DNA of 64,000 nucleotides from Nitrospirota bacterium (GCA_016212095.1 JACRHH010000015.1:173702-237701), one strand, 5' to 3'. Positions 40,320 to 51,771 are shown, counted from the stretch's first letter. Numbers and translations: made by a program. The notes: a model not told the origin generated them from the sequence alone.

Positions 40320-40649
40320 TCAGAACCGTTCCCCGGCAAGATAGTCGGCGAGCAAGCCCCTGCCATGTTCATCTTCATGGCAGTAGACGCAGAGGTTTTC
40401 CCAATTCGAGCCGTCCGCCGGATTATTGGAATGGTTACCGTCCTTGTGATGCACTGTCAGCAGATGCCTGTTCGATGATTCGAATTCGCGTCCACATTTG
40501 GCACAGATAAGGCCGTGAATCGATAGTGACCGCTCGCGGTACGATTCAGTGCCGCGCGCCGCGCCGCGCACGATGCCCGCTGCGATATCGAGCGCGGAGA
40601 TGGTCTTCAGCGATGCGGGCGGTGGCTTAAGTCTTGTGCTCTTTCTCAC
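40320..40649 (-). CDS. yajD: YajD family HNH nuclease
   Basis: SYRERSL...ICAKCGREF...LTVHHKDGNH.NNP.DGSNWE.LC.YCH..EH. Confidence 0.88.
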   Translation of the reverse strand: MRKSTRLKPPPASLKTISALDIAAGIVRGAARGTESYRERSLSIHGLICAKCGREFESSNRHLLTVHHKDGNHSNNPADGSNWENLCVYCHEDEHGRGLLADYLAGERF

Positions 40650-40739
40650 TTTGGCGTACAGGCTGCTGGAACAAAAACGTATGCGGCGTATGCCGTTTGG
40701 ATATTATAGAGGAAAAACGCAGTGGCGGCAAAAACGCCC

Positions 40740-41957
40740 CTACCTGAAATTTACCACAGCCGCGCCCGTATGTCCGCCGCGAACGAGATTTATTCTTACC
40801 GTATCGCCGGGTTTGACCTGCTTCAAGCGGTATGTAAGATTGTGCGGTTCCCTGAGGGGCTGGCCGTTCATTTCCACCAGAACGTCTCCAGCCTTGATTC
40901 CGGCAGCCTCGGCCATGCTGTCCGGCAGCACTTCCACAACCTTTATGCCGCCGCCCTCGTTGGGCTGCATCCTCACGCCAAGCTTCACCCTCTTGAGCTC
41001 CAGTTCCTTGTAATCGATATACCAGATAAAATCCGACGGTTGAAGCGGAAGCTCAGGCACATCCACGTCCATCAGCTTCTCCTTTGGAACATGCTCGTAT
41101 GAGAATATCTCCGGCGCGACGGTGTAATATGTGACCGGAAGACGGCGGAACACGCGCCTTGGAATGCCGAAGCCGTAAGTTACATGGTTGCCTCCGGCCA
41201 TCACGACGATCCTGTTTTCGCCGGACGGATCGCTTTTAAGCCAGTGTACGATGTTTTCGGCCATGGTTTCATCCCACAGTGTCTGAACCTGCACGAACCT
41301 GTCTATCATCCCGGTTCCCTTTGCGTGATCCTCGAACATCGCCTCCAGAAACTTTCGCTGATATTTGTCCGTCAAGTCCATTTCCGGCAGACCGCCATCG
41401 ACCTCTCCTGACGCCTCGGCAATACCTTTCGACGAAACCTCCTTGACCGTGGACTTGCTGGCGTTCAACGCGATTATTTGAAGCTTGAACTGTTTGATGA
41501 CATCGATAACAGGGCGGTAATATTCAAGGTCAACAGACCAGTGTTCCGTCCAGATACGGTCGAATTCCTCGTCGTTGTAACCATTTGCACGCCATTTGTC
41601 CAGCACGGGCTGGGCCGATTCCGGAAACATCTCCATTCCCACGGCCAAATGGCCGGGATAGCGCCGCGCCATCTCACGGATAATCTCCGCCTGAACGCGG
41701 TGCGATTCGATGTTGTCGTGGCTTTCGGCAACGTAAACCACGCGTGCGTCGGCCAGCATGGAATGCAGTGCGCTTCTGTCCATAACCTTCCCTGTGCGGA
41801 CATGCATTATCATGTCTTCACGCGGCGTTGTCTCAAGCGGATACGGCAGCCGCCATTCAGCCTCGGTTGGAGTGGCGGAATGAACCGCGCAGCCGCCCGA
41901 CATCATAAATGTTGCGGCAAACATCGCAAGCGACAGTAATTTAAATCCGTGTTTCAT
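40740..41957 (-). CDS. ChaN family (heme-uptake/Tiki superfamily) lipoprotein with C-terminal PDZ domain
   Basis: Lipobox SGGC, VVYVAESHD, GMEMF, WDETMA, AGGNHV.YG.GIP; PDZ-like C-terminus. Confidence 0.85.
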   Translation of the reverse strand: MKHGFKLLSLAMFAATFMMSGGCAVHSATPTEAEWRLPYPLETTPREDMIMHVRTGKVMDRSALHSMLADARVVYVAESHDNIESHRVQAEIIREMARRYPGHLAVGMEMFPESAQPVLDKWRANGYNDEEFDRIWTEHWSVDLEYYRPVIDVIKQFKLQIIALNASKSTVKEVSSKGIAEASGEVDGGLPEMDLTDKYQRKFLEAMFEDHAKGTGMIDRFVQVQTLWDETMAENIVHWLKSDPSGENRIVVMAGGNHVTYGFGIPRRVFRRLPVTYYTVAPEIFSYEHVPKEKLMDVDVPELPLQPSDFIWYIDYKELELKRVKLGVRMQPNEGGGIKVVEVLPDSMAEAAGIKAGDVLVEMNGQPLREPHNLTYRLKQVKPGDTVRINLVRGGHTGAAVVNFR

Positions 41958-43228
41958 TTGAAAGTCATCACCTCCGGCGCGATGTCGCTGTCGGTAACAG
42001 GGCCGAGCACTGTCATGGCCAGCCTGTCGGGCCTCACCAGCCGTTCCGCAACAAGGCGCACATTGTCAACCGTCACGGCCTCGATTCGCTCCAGAATGTC
42101 TTCAAGCGTGAAGTGGCGGCCCAGGTAAATCTCGTTTCTGGCCATCTGGTTCATGCGCGAGCTTGTCGATTCAAGGCCAAGTATCAGATTGCCCTTCAAC
42201 TGCTCCTTTGCCAGCGAAACCGAAGCGGAATCCATGTTTTCCGGAAGCCGCGCGAATTCGGCCAGCACAAGGCGCGACACCTCGGCGGCCTTGCGCGGAT
42301 CGACGCCGGCGTAGACGCCGAAAAGCCCGGTGTCGCAATACGCCGAAAGATACGAATATACCGAATAGGCAAGTCCGCGCCTTTCGCGTATTTCCTGAAA
42401 AAGGCGTGAACTGGTTCCGTTTCCGAAGATTGTGTTCAGCACCGACAGCGCGTAACGATCAGGGTCGTCGGCCCGAATGCCCTCGACGCCTATGCATATG
42501 TGCGCCTCGGCTGTGTCCTTCCGCGTAAGCGAAAACCTGTTGCCAAAAGGCGAGGAAGGCGGCCTGGCCGGTGGCTGGGGGCCTGCTTCCATGCGCCCGA
42601 AGCAAGCGTTCAGTCTGGATGCCAGCGCGTCGGGATCGAACCTCCCGGCAGCCGATATCACAATCCCGTGCGGCCTGTACCGCTCGCCCACGAAAGCGGC
42701 AAGTTCCGCGCGTCCTATGGCGCCGACGGTTTCGGGCGAACCCAGAACACTGCGTCCGGGGCCGTCATCTCCCCATATCGTTTTGTTGAAAAGGTCGTGA
42801 ACGTAGTCGTCCGGAGTGTCTTCCGACATCCGGATCTCGTCGATGATAATGTCCCGTTCCTTCTCGATTTCGGCTTCCGGATATGTCGAATGAAGGAGGA
42901 TGTCGGAAAGAATGTCGATACCGATGTCAAGCCGGGTGTCCAGAATCTTGACGTAATACGTCGTGCCTTCGCGTGAGGTGAAGGCGTTCAGCTCGCCGCC
43001 AACGGCATCGATCGCGTTTGCGATTTCCACAGCCGTGCGCGTGCGTGTTCCCTTGAAATGCATGTGTTCCAGAAAATGCGATATTCCGTTCAACGCCGCC
43101 GTTTCATCGCGCGCGCCCGCATTCACCCATATGCCCAGTGTGACGGAACGGACATGCTCCATCCTCTCGGTCAGGAGGCGTATGCCGTTATCCAGAGTGA
43201 ATTTCCGGAACGAGTTGTTTTCAGCCAT
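41954..43228 (-). CDS. M16 (pitrilysin) family zinc peptidase
   Basis: HFLEH (HxxEH), NAFTSRE, SSRLFQEIRE.RGLAYSV; usual position downstream of pnp. Confidence 0.95.
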   Translation of the reverse strand: MAENNSFRKFTLDNGIRLLTERMEHVRSVTLGIWVNAGARDETAALNGISHFLEHMHFKGTRTRTAVEIANAIDAVGGELNAFTSREGTTYYVKILDTRLDIGIDILSDILLHSTYPEAEIEKERDIIIDEIRMSEDTPDDYVHDLFNKTIWGDDGPGRSVLGSPETVGAIGRAELAAFVGERYRPHGIVISAAGRFDPDALASRLNACFGRMEAGPQPPARPPSSPFGNRFSLTRKDTAEAHICIGVEGIRADDPDRYALSVLNTIFGNGTSSRLFQEIRERRGLAYSVYSYLSAYCDTGLFGVYAGVDPRKAAEVSRLVLAEFARLPENMDSASVSLAKEQLKGNLILGLESTSSRMNQMARNEIYLGRHFTLEDILERIEAVTVDNVRLVAERLVRPDRLAMTVLGPVTDSDIAPEVMTFK

Positions 43229-43253
43229 ATAAGACAGGGAACCTCCCCCAACT

Positions 43254-43281
43254 AAAAAAGGGACGGCGCAACCGTCCCTTT
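43254..43281 (-). terminator. Intrinsic terminator after pnp
   Basis: Minus strand aaagggacgg-ttgcg-ccgtccc-tttttt. Confidence 0.85.
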
Positions 43282-43307
43282 GTTTCATGCCTCTGTCAAT
43301 GCAAAGC

Positions 43308-45407
43308 TCAGCCGTTTTGGCCAAGCTCCTTCATCGCTTCCTTGCGGCTGAGGCGCATCTTGCCGGTTTTCGAGTCGATCTCGATAACCTTCACCGAAAC
43401 CTCGTCGCCTTCCTTGAGCACATCCGTAACCTTGGCTACACGCGAATCGGCGATCTGCGAGATATGCAGAAGGCCTTCCGTGCCGGGCATTATCTGCACA
43501 AACGCGCCAAAGTCCATGATGCGCGTAACCTTGCCATGGTAAATCTTGTTCAACTCCGGCTCGGCAACGATGCCCCTGATGATTTCGACAGCCTTCTGCG
43601 CGGCTTCGCCGTCGATTGAGGCGATGTTGATTACGCCGGTGTCCTCGATGTCGATCTTGCAGCCGGTCTGCTCCGTGATTGAGCGGATAACCTTGCCGCC
43701 GGGGCCGATCACCTCGCGGATCTTGTCCGGATTGATCTGGATGCTGATGATGCGCGGCGCATGTTCGGCCAGATTTTCACGCGGAGCGGTCAGTGTCTCG
43801 GCCATCTTGCCGAGGATGAACAGCCTTCCGTTCCGCGCCTGTTCGAGCGCGCGCTCCATGATGGCGCGGGATATGCCGCCGATCTTGGTGTCCATCTGGA
43901 ACGCCGTAACGCCTTCGGCTGTTCCGGTAACCTTGAAATCCATGTCGCCAAGATGATCCTCAAGGCCGAGGATGTCGGTGAGAACGACAACCTTCTCGCC
44001 CTCTTTGATGAGTCCCATCGCGATTCCGGCAACCGGAGCCTTGATCGGCACTCCGGCGTCCATCAGGGCAAGCGTGCCGCCGCAGACGGTGGCCATCGAC
44101 GACGAACCGTTCGATTCGAGAATGTCGGACACCAGGCGTATTGTGTACGGGAACTGCTCCTTCGACGGAATGACCGCCTTCAGCGCACGCTCGGCCAGCA
44201 TTCCGTGACCGATTTCGCGCCTTCCAGGCGAGCGAAGAAATTTAACCTCGCCAACGCTAAACGGCGGGAAGTTGTAATGCAGCATGAAAGACTTGAACGA
44301 CTCGCCCTCAAGCGCGTCGATCTTCTGCTCGTCCATCGATGTGCCGAGTGTGACTACCGCAAGCGCCTGCGTTTCGCCGCGCACGAAAAGCGCGGTTCCG
44401 TGGGCACGGGGCAGAAGGCCGACGATGCTGTTTATCGGCCTTATTTCGTCCGGCTTTCTGCCGTCGGCCCGCACATTCTGGTTTATGATCATGTCGCGGA
44501 CAAGCTTCTTTTCGAGGCTGCCGAAAGCTTCGCGAATTTCCTTCGATCTGTCCGCTTCCTGGCCCTCGCCCATCTGCTTGACAATGCCGTCGAGAATCTC
44601 GTTAAGGCTGGCCTGACGCATCATCTTGTCGGGAATCGTGATTGCGGCGCGAATATTGTCCTTCGCAAGCTCCGCAACCCGCGCCGCAAGCGCCTCGTCC
44701 TTCACCGGTGGAACAACCTCGCGCTTTGGCCTTCCGGCAAGCGCGCGAAGCTCGTTCTGAAGCGCGTTCAGGCGTTTGATCTCGGCATGGGCGATGTCGA
44801 TCGCCTCAAGCAGATCGGCCTCGCTCACCTCCTGGCCGCCGCCCTCCACCATCACCACCGCGTCGTCGGAGCCCGCAACCACAAGATTCAGGTTGCATTC
44901 CTCGATCTCGCGGAGATCCGGGTTGATGACGAAAGTGCCGTCGATGCGGCCTACGCGCACTGCCGCTATCGGGCCGTCGAACGGAATGTCGGAGATCGTC
45001 AGCGCCGCGGACATGGCCGTCACGCCCATCACGTCGGACGTATTGTCGTCGCCGAACGAAAGAACGCTGATTATGCCCTGCGTTTCGCAGAAATAACCCT
45101 TCGGGAACATCGGCCTGATCGGCCTGTCGATGAGACGGGAGGTGAGCACTTCCTTTTCGGAAGGCCGTCCCTCGCGCTTGAAGAAACCGCCCGGAATCTT
45201 GCCGGCGGCGTATGCCTTTTCCTGATAGTCAACCGTGAGAGGAAAGAAATCGATTCCGGCGCGTTCGGTCTTTGCGGCAACCGCAGTGGCCATGACAACC
45301 GTGTCGCCATAACGGGCCACAATGGCTCCGTCGGCCTGACGGGCCATGAGGCCGGTTTCGAGTGTCAGCTTCTTTCCGCGTACATCAAGGGAAACATTAT
45401 TTATCAC
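43308..45407 (-). CDS. pnp: Polyribonucleotide nucleotidyltransferase
   Basis: [41 protein letters not shown] and S1 domains. Confidence 0.99.
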   Translation of the reverse strand: MINNVSLDVRGKKLTLETGLMARQADGAIVARYGDTVVMATAVAAKTERAGIDFFPLTVDYQEKAYAAGKIPGGFFKREGRPSEKEVLTSRLIDRPIRPMFPKGYFCETQGIISVLSFGDDNTSDVMGVTAMSAALTISDIPFDGPIAAVRVGRIDGTFVINPDLREIEECNLNLVVAGSDDAVVMVEGGGQEVSEADLLEAIDIAHAEIKRLNALQNELRALAGRPKREVVPPVKDEALAARVAELAKDNIRAAITIPDKMMRQASLNEILDGIVKQMGEGQEADRSKEIREAFGSLEKKLVRDMIINQNVRADGRKPDEIRPINSIVGLLPRAHGTALFVRGETQALAVVTLGTSMDEQKIDALEGESFKSFMLHYNFPPFSVGEVKFLRSPGRREIGHGMLAERALKAVIPSKEQFPYTIRLVSDILESNGSSSMATVCGGTLALMDAGVPIKAPVAGIAMGLIKEGEKVVVLTDILGLEDHLGDMDFKVTGTAEGVTAFQMDTKIGGISRAIMERALEQARNGRLFILGKMAETLTAPRENLAEHAPRIISIQINPDKIREVIGPGGKVIRSITEQTGCKIDIEDTGVINIASIDGEAAQKAVEIIRGIVAEPELNKIYHGKVTRIMDFGAFVQIMPGTEGLLHISQIADSRVAKVTDVLKEGDEVSVKVIEIDSKTGKMRLSRKEAMKELGQNG

Positions 45408-45418
45408 GCTTCGCCCGC

Positions 45419-45688
45419 TTACTTCCTGATGCCAAGACGCGCGATTACGTCGGTGTATCTGGCCGTATCCTTCTTCTTCAGGTACGCCAGCATGCTTTTC
45501 CTCTGGCTGACAAGCTGCAGAAGTCCGCGACGCGAATGATGATCCTTCGTGTGCGCCTTGAAATGGTCGGTAAGATGACTGATGCGTTCGCTCAGGATCG
45601 CTATCTGAACCTCCGGCGAACCGGTGTCTGTCTCGTGTGTTCTATAGTTGGAAATCAACTCGGTTTTTGAATCTTTGCTCAGGGCCAT
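45419..45688 (-). CDS. rpsO: 30S ribosomal protein S15
   Basis: [20 protein letters not shown]. Confidence 0.99.
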   Translation of the reverse strand: MALSKDSKTELISNYRTHETDTGSPEVQIAILSERISHLTDHFKAHTKDHHSRRGLLQLVSQRKSMLAYLKKKDTARYTDVIARLGIRK

Positions 45689-45825
45689 TATTAGCCACCG
45701 CCTTTCTTAAATCGCTTCTTTGCGTCTGCAAGACTAACATAACCCAGTTGCGGGTGTAAACCCCGCGCCGGGCATCTTCCCGCACGGCGCAACGGCAGTA
45801 AATATACCGTTTATCGGCTTTCTGT

Positions 45826-45834
45826 TGCTATAAT
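45826..45834 (+). promoter_or_regulatory. Extended -10 promoter (TGcTATAAT), 6 nt before the panC ATG
   Basis: tgcTATAATtgccccATG; no SD. Confidence 0.7.
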
Positions 45835-45840
45835 TGCCCC

Positions 45841-46689
45841 ATGAAAATCCTCTCATCCCCATCCGAAACGCAGGCATTTCTGCGAAACATCAGCCGCGCT
45901 GGCAGAACCATCGGTCTTGTGCCGACAATGGGCTGCCTACACAACGGGCATCTTTCGCTTGTGCGCCGCGCGCGGGCGGAAAACGATTTCGTTGTCGCAA
46001 GCATTTTCGTAAACCCCACGCAGTTCGGGCCGTCGGAAGACCTTGCGGCGTACCCCCGCAATATTGGGCGCGACACAGCATTGCTTGAGGCTGAGGGCGC
46101 GGATCTGCTGTTCTGCCCGCAATCATCCGATATGTATCTTCAAGGGTTTTCCACGTCGGTAGCTGTTTCGGACGTGAGCGAGAGGCTCTGCGGCGAGTTC
46201 CGGCCCGGACATTTTACAGGCGTGGCAACGGTGGTCTGCAAGCTTTTCAACATTGCGGGCGCGGATAAAGCCTATTTCGGCGCGAAGGATTATCAGCAAA
46301 CGGTTGTGATAAGACGGATGGCGAGGGACTTGAACATCGGCACGGAAATTATCATATGCCCGACTGTTCGCGAGGCCGACGGCTTGGCGATGAGTTCCCG
46401 GAACAGCTATCTTGCGCCGGACGAACGAAAAGCGGCGACTGTGCTTTATCGCGCGCTCTCGGCGGCGCGAAACGCGGCGGAGAATGGCGAGCGTAATGCC
46501 GGAAATCTGGTCTTGCTGATGCGCGAGATTATCGGCGCGGAGCCGCTTGCAACTATTGAATACGCCGAGGCGGCGGACGCCGACACGCTTGGCCCAATTG
46601 GCTCAATCGGCGAAATAGCCGGGCCGGTGGTGCTTGCGCTTGCCGCGCGCATCGGCAAAACGCGGCTGATAGATAATCTGGTTGTATAA
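45841..46689 (+). CDS. panC: Pantoate--beta-alanine ligase
   Basis: VPTMG.LH.GH, IFVNPTQF, RPGHF.GV, FGAKDYQQ, GLAMSSRN, RLIDN. Confidence 0.98.
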   Translation: MKILSSPSETQAFLRNISRAGRTIGLVPTMGCLHNGHLSLVRRARAENDFVVASIFVNPTQFGPSEDLAAYPRNIGRDTALLEAEGADLLFCPQSSDMYLQGFSTSVAVSDVSERLCGEFRPGHFTGVATVVCKLFNIAGADKAYFGAKDYQQTVVIRRMARDLNIGTEIIICPTVREADGLAMSSRNSYLAPDERKAATVLYRALSAARNAAENGERNAGNLVLLMREIIGAEPLATIEYAEAADADTLGPIGSIGEIAGPVVLALAARIGKTRLIDNLVV

Positions 46690-46731
46690 TAGTCTTTGAG
46701 TTAAGCTTGCAAGTATGATTATATAAATTAA

Positions 46732-47478
46732 ATGAGAACCTTCCGGACATCAGGCGCAATTCTTGCGCTCGCGCTGTTTTTTCTTCCAGTCATCGCCAAT
46801 GCGGAGATCTACCGCTACGTTGACGAGGAAGGAGTGCTGCATCTGACGAACATCCCGGCAAATGGCGCGTTCAAGGTGGCGTCGAGGCCGGAAGCGCCGA
46901 AAGCGGCAATCGTGCCGGAGCCGAAAACCGAGGCTGCCCCTGCGCCGAGCGATGCGCCCGCCCTGTCGCGTTTCTCAAGGGAATATTGCGACAGCGTGAT
47001 AACCGACGCGTCCGGGCGGCACGGCGTTGACGCCGCGCTGGTCAGGGCGGTGGTTAAGGCGGAGTCGGACTACAACCCGCTTGCGGTATCGAACAAGGGC
47101 GCGCGAGGGCTTATGCAGCTCATGCCGGAAACCGCCCGCGATCTGGCCGTGACAAACGTGTACGACGTGGAAGACAACGTTGACGGCGGCGTGCGCTATC
47201 TGCGCAACATGCTCGAACGCTTCGGCGGCAACATGAAACTGGCGCTTGCCGCCTACAACGCCGGGCCTGCGGCGGTCGAGAAGCATAACGGCATTCCGCC
47301 GTATCCGGAAACCAGAACCTACGTTGACCGGGTGCTTCGTTTTTATGGAAAGGGAACCGGGGCATCTGGCGGCAAAGCCCGCCGCTCCGGCGGCGGCTTC
47401 CGCACGGTCGAAACCATCTACAGAATTCTTCAGGCCGACGGATCGGTTTTGTTCAGCAACACTCCAGCGGCTCGTTAA
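46732..47478 (+). CDS. Lytic transglycosylase (DUF4124 plus SLT domain)
   Basis: Signal peptide, IYRYVDE.G..H.TN, AES.YNP.AVS.KGA.GLMQLMP, AAYNAG. Confidence 0.94.
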   Translation: MRTFRTSGAILALALFFLPVIANAEIYRYVDEEGVLHLTNIPANGAFKVASRPEAPKAAIVPEPKTEAAPAPSDAPALSRFSREYCDSVITDASGRHGVDAALVRAVVKAESDYNPLAVSNKGARGLMQLMPETARDLAVTNVYDVEDNVDGGVRYLRNMLERFGGNMKLALAAYNAGPAAVEKHNGIPPYPETRTYVDRVLRFYGKGTGASGGKARRSGGGFRTVETIYRILQADGSVLFSNTPAAR

Positions 47479-47528
47479 ATTCACCTGCCTGCTATCTTCC
47501 AACACTGAAAGGCATACTGCTTATAAAT

Positions 47529-48500
47529 ATGGATGAATTACGCGATAAAATCTTCGAACTCAAGGCAAAGCGAAACGCCGTGCTTCTTGCCCATAACTAC
47601 CAGCGCGAGGAGGTGCAGGCGATAGCCGACTTCACCGGCGATTCTCTGGAGCTCTCGCGCAGGGCCGCCACGATGGACTGCGACGTTATCGTCTTTTGCG
47701 GCGTGAACTTCATGGCCGAATCGGCCTCGATTCTCTCGCCGGATAAAACCGTGCTTCTGCCCGCCACCGAGGCCAACTGCCCGATGGCCGACATGGTGAC
47801 AGTCGATACACCGCGCGAGCTTCGCATGAACTTCCCAGGCTACAACGAGGTCACATATGAATTTCCGGAGGATTTTACGCTTCGCGACATGAAAAGGCGT
47901 TATCCGGGCGTGCCGGTTGTTTCCTACGTGAACACCACGGCGGCGGTCAAGGCCGAGTCCGACTACTGCTGCACGTCGTCGAACGCCGTTAAGCTGGTGA
48001 ACGCGATTGATTCCGACCGCGTGATCTGCGTTCCCGACCGCAATCTGGCCGCATGGATCGCGGCAAACACGAAGAAGGAAATAATCACATGGGACGGTTT
48101 CTGCCATGTTCACGACCGCGTGCGGCCATCGGATGTTGACGCGGCGCGCGCCGAACACCAAGGGGCGCTGTTTGTGGCGCATCCGGAATGCAGGCTCGAA
48201 ATCTGCCAAATGGCAGATCATGTAACCAGCACATCGGGAATGCTGCGTTTCTGCCGCGAGTCCGACGCAAGGGAGTTCATCATCGGAACCGAAACCGGGC
48301 TTCTGTACAGGCTGCGGCTCGAAAATCCGCACAAGAAGTTCCATCCGCTCCGTAGCGACATGGTCTGCCCGAACATGAAGCGGACAACGCTTCGCACAAT
48401 TCTGTTCGCGCTCGAAAACAACACGAAGGTTATCAAGGTTCCGGAGGAGATCCGCGTTCCGGCAAAGCGGGCGCTCGACCGGATGCTGGAAATAGGTTAA
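47529..48500 (+). CDS. nadA: Quinolinate synthase
   Basis: LAHNYQ, FCGV.FMAE, CPMA, YVN, CHVH, AHPEC, CPNMK. Confidence 0.97.
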   Translation: MDELRDKIFELKAKRNAVLLAHNYQREEVQAIADFTGDSLELSRRAATMDCDVIVFCGVNFMAESASILSPDKTVLLPATEANCPMADMVTVDTPRELRMNFPGYNEVTYEFPEDFTLRDMKRRYPGVPVVSYVNTTAAVKAESDYCCTSSNAVKLVNAIDSDRVICVPDRNLAAWIAANTKKEIITWDGFCHVHDRVRPSDVDAARAEHQGALFVAHPECRLEICQMADHVTSTSGMLRFCRESDAREFIIGTETGLLYRLRLENPHKKFHPLRSDMVCPNMKRTTLRTILFALENNTKVIKVPEEIRVPAKRALDRMLEIG

Positions 48501-49655
48501 TTGCCCGAACTTAAGCGCATCCTCCTCCACCGCATCCGCCAGTTCGGGCCGATCACCTTCGAGCAATTCATGGCTGCGGCGCTCTACGAGCCGGACATCG
48601 GCTACTACACATCGCCCGAAACCGACATAGGGCAGGCCGCCGATTTCTACACGTCAACCAACCTGCACGGCGTTTTTGGCGCGATGTTCGCGCGTCAGGC
48701 CGCGCAGATGTGGGAACATCTTGGGCGGCCCGGCGATTTCACGTTTATCGAGCAGGGCGGCGGACGCGGGCTCTTCGCGCTCGATTTCCTGGAATATGCC
48801 GCCGGGCATGATCGTGAATTCTACGACAGCCTCACCTATCTGCTTGTCGAACTGAACCCGCACATGAAGGCCAGGCAGGAAAAGCTTCTATCCGGGCATT
48901 CGGGTAAATTGCGATGGAAAAATTCGCTTGCCGATATTGAGCCGATAACCGGCTGCCTGTTTTCGAACGAACTTGTTGATTCATTTCCGGTGCATGTTGT
49001 CCGGTTCGGCAAAGACGGCATCAACGAACTGTATATTGGCGAGCAAGATGGCGACTTTAAAGAGGAATTCGGCCCGTGCCCAACGCCTGAAATCACGGAA
49101 TATTTTAAATCCAGATCGATCATCCGACACCCCGGCTACCGCACGGAGCTTAACCTGAACGCGCGGAAATGGCTGCGCGAGGTTGCTGTGACAATCAAAC
49201 GCGGATACGTGATGACAGTCGATTACGGTTTCAGCGTTCACGACTACTACAGCCCGGAACGCGTGACCGGCACACTGCTCTGCTATCACAGGCACCAGAC
49301 AAACGATGAGCCGCTGAAGCGCGTCGGACAGCAGGACATCACGGCTCACGCCAATTTCACCGCGCTTGTGGAATGGGGCAGCGAGGCCGGATTAAAGCCG
49401 CTTGGCTTTGTCTCGCAGTCGAGTTTTCTGCTGAACATGGGAATAGACAGCTACATCGCCGAACTTCATCGCGCGCTTCCTGAAGATGAATTTTTAAAAG
49501 CCGCCGCTCAGGTGCGCTCCCTCATCATGCCCGATGCCCTGGGCGAAAGCCACAAGGTTCTGGTTCAGGCCCGAAACGCGCCGGATACGCGGAACGCGCC
49601 GCTTGAGGGGCTTCGAATGCGCAACCGTCTCGATTATCTTATTGCACAGGCTTGA
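48501..49655 (+). CDS. SAM-dependent methyltransferase, MidA/NDUFAF7 family
   Basis: GPITF..FM..ALY....GYY, DFYTS, EQGGG.G, SNELVDSFPVH, DYG, GQQDITAH. Confidence 0.92.
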   Translation: MPELKRILLHRIRQFGPITFEQFMAAALYEPDIGYYTSPETDIGQAADFYTSTNLHGVFGAMFARQAAQMWEHLGRPGDFTFIEQGGGRGLFALDFLEYAAGHDREFYDSLTYLLVELNPHMKARQEKLLSGHSGKLRWKNSLADIEPITGCLFSNELVDSFPVHVVRFGKDGINELYIGEQDGDFKEEFGPCPTPEITEYFKSRSIIRHPGYRTELNLNARKWLREVAVTIKRGYVMTVDYGFSVHDYYSPERVTGTLLCYHRHQTNDEPLKRVGQQDITAHANFTALVEWGSEAGLKPLGFVSQSSFLLNMGIDSYIAELHRALPEDEFLKAAAQVRSLIMPDALGESHKVLVQARNAPDTRNAPLEGLRMRNRLDYLIAQA

Positions 49656-49715
49656 CTACCGGTGGCTTCAACGCGATGATTATTGAAAACGCCGAGCCAT
49701 GAAAGGAATGCCGCC

Positions 49716-50285
49716 ATGCGATACAAGGGAGTAAGCCACGTTGCATTAGCCACGCGCGACATGGGCGCGACTATCCGTTTCTGGCGCGACCTGCTCGGTC
49801 TTCGCATGGTGCTTGCCGCATCAGGGCGAAACAGCCGCATGTATTTCTTTCATGTCGCCAACCGCCAGTACATCGGATTTTTCGAATGGCCGGGCATCCA
49901 GCCTATTACGGAGAAAGAGGCCGGGCATCCGGCAAGCGGGCCGTTTGCGTTTGACCATTTCGCGCTTGCGGTTGCTTCGGACGACGACCTGTTTGCGATG
50001 AAAGACAGACTAAACGCAGCCGGCATATGGGTGTCGGAGGTTCTGGATCACGGATTCATCCATTCGATATACACGTTCGATCCAAACGGTATTTCGGTGG
50101 AATTCAGCGCCGACACCAACGTGGACATCGTTACGCATCCGCATTTTGCCGACAGCAAGCCGCTGCCTGAAACACTTGAAGGGGCGGAGCCGGTGGCAGG
50201 GCGCTGGCCCGCGCCGCATGAAAGCGGCACGGAAGAGCGAGTGATCTATCCCGGCTTCGGCGCGGAACTGAAGAACAGAAAATAA
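49716..50285 (+). CDS. VOC (glyoxalase) family protein
   Basis: GVSHVAL...DM..TIRFW..LLG, FDHFAL, SIYTFDPNGISVE. Confidence 0.9.
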   Translation: MRYKGVSHVALATRDMGATIRFWRDLLGLRMVLAASGRNSRMYFFHVANRQYIGFFEWPGIQPITEKEAGHPASGPFAFDHFALAVASDDDLFAMKDRLNAAGIWVSEVLDHGFIHSIYTFDPNGISVEFSADTNVDIVTHPHFADSKPLPETLEGAEPVAGRWPAPHESGTEERVIYPGFGAELKNRK

Positions 50286-50504
50286 TGCGACAGCTGCGGC
50301 TTGCTCGGTGTTTGGCGTCTGATAGCGAGATAGACGGTTTGCACTGAAAAACTGCTTATTTTGCGCAAATAAGGCATGTATACTTTACTTATTTGCAAGA
50401 CAAAGGGAGGCGGATCGATTTTCAACGCAGGTTGACAGCCTTGGCCCGTAATGCGTACGTTAGCGGTCTGATTTTTTATCATTACCGGATTTTCCGGAAT
50501 ACGC

Positions 50505-50548
50505 TTGACATAGTTGTTCGCGCAAGTAATAATTAAGCCATTGCGTAA
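50505..50548 (+). promoter_or_regulatory. Sigma70 promoter plus putative ArsR operator
   Basis: TTGACA-17-AATAAT followed by the imperfect palindrome ATTAAGC-catt-GCGTAAT; AATTAAG-N3-TTGC recurs at 50993-51006. Confidence 0.6.
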
Positions 50549-50571
50549 TCACTTAATGAGTTTACAGACAT

Positions 50572-50976
50572 ATGATTATTGAACCGGCAGAGATATTTAA
50601 GGTTTTGAGCGTGGACACGCGAGTGAAAATCATTGAGCTTCTTAAGGCCAACGGGGCATTAGGGGTCAAAGAGATTTCAGATCGACTTGGCATCACCTCA
50701 CCGGCGGTGTCGCAACATCTTAAAATTTTAAAACAAGCCGGGTTGGTGCGGAGCGAAAGACAGGGATATTGGATACCGTATTCGATCAATGAAGAGGCCA
50801 TGGATGGCTGCCGGGAAATATTAAATGAAGTATGCACATGCGGCTGCCAGGGCACGGGCAATTTCAAGGAAAAAGAATTGGGCAAGGCCAACCTTGAAGC
50901 GCTTGCAAAGTATGAAACTGAACTACAAAAAGAACTCGAAATGGTGCGCGAAAGGATCAGGGAAATAAGGGAGTAA
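50572..50976 (+). CDS. ArsR/SmtB family metalloregulator with CTCGC motif and C-terminal coiled coil
   Basis: FKVLS...R..II.LL, SPAVSQHLKILKQAGLV, G.WI.YS. Confidence 0.93.
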   Translation: MIIEPAEIFKVLSVDTRVKIIELLKANGALGVKEISDRLGITSPAVSQHLKILKQAGLVRSERQGYWIPYSINEEAMDGCREILNEVCTCGCQGTGNFKEKELGKANLEALAKYETELQKELEMVRERIREIRE

Positions 50977-51038
50977 ATTTTTTTGCGAATCGAATTAAGT
51001 AGTTGCTAACATACTTACTCGAAAGGAGGTGATTAAAA

Positions 51039-51182
51039 ATGGCAGAGAATGGAATTTCTTGTGGCTGCGGGTGTCTTCCGCTGAAGGGGAAGGAGGTCAG
51101 GATCACTGTTACTGAGACGGCAGGGAACCCGGCCCAGACGGAGAAGGAGGAAACGAAGGCCCAGGGCGCAACTAAACAGTAA
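51039..51182 (+). CDS. 47-aa CGCGC-motif peptide (not in the ORF track)
   Basis: Very strong SD aaggaggtga; MAENGISCGCGCLPLKGKEVRITVTETAGNPAQTEKEETKAQGATKQ*. Confidence 0.72.
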   Translation: MAENGISCGCGCLPLKGKEVRITVTETAGNPAQTEKEETKAQGATKQ

Positions 51183-51267
51183 TTACGGAGCATGACATTT
51201 CTGCATGTGAAGGGAATATGCCGGCGGCATTCCCTTCACAATGCAACCAACAGAACGGAGACTGAAC

Positions 51268-51732
51268 ATGAAATTATTGATCTTGCCGCTGTGCCATTTC
51301 CTGCATATCCTGGGAGCCGTAGCATGGATTGGCGGAATCCTGATGATCCTCCGGGTAATATTGCCAAGCTCGAAGGCAGCGTTGGAATCAACCGCCACGA
51401 CTGGGAATCTGATGAAGGAAGTGGCGCAACGTTTCACGCCACTAGCCAACTTGAGCATATTTGTGCTGGCAGGAACTGGAATTGTGCTTTTTCAACAAGG
51501 CCGGAATGCTTGGAATGCATTAATCTCGTTTAAACTTTTGCTTGCAGCCTGCATGGTCATGATTCATTTTTACAGAGGATTGATACTAAACCCCAAAATC
51601 GTGAAATTGACCTCACAAGCCGATGGCACGCAAACAGCCCGATTAAAGAAGTTTTCGGGAGATCTTGTCAAGGCGAATTTTGCATTGGGAATCATGGCGC
51701 TAATGCTTACGGCTGTCATATTATCCATATAA
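51268..51732 (+). CDS. CopD/DUF4149-like 4-TM membrane protein
   Basis: FLHILGAVAWIGG, F..LA...I.VL..TG, KLLL, H; SD ggag. Confidence 0.75.
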   Translation: MKLLILPLCHFLHILGAVAWIGGILMILRVILPSSKAALESTATTGNLMKEVAQRFTPLANLSIFVLAGTGIVLFQQGRNAWNALISFKLLLAACMVMIHFYRGLILNPKIVKLTSQADGTQTARLKKFSGDLVKANFALGIMALMLTAVILSI

Positions 51733-51771
51733 TCTCCCACCGGAGTAAGCCGTAATGAATTTCCCCACATA

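Noticed and set aside
43761-45539. 592-aa plus-strand ORF
   Set aside because: Antisense shadow of pnp.
50246-50482. 78-aa minus-strand ORF and the palindrome cttattttgcgcaaataag in the islet's left flank
   Set aside because: No recognisable protein features or SD; a single palindrome with no assignable factor.
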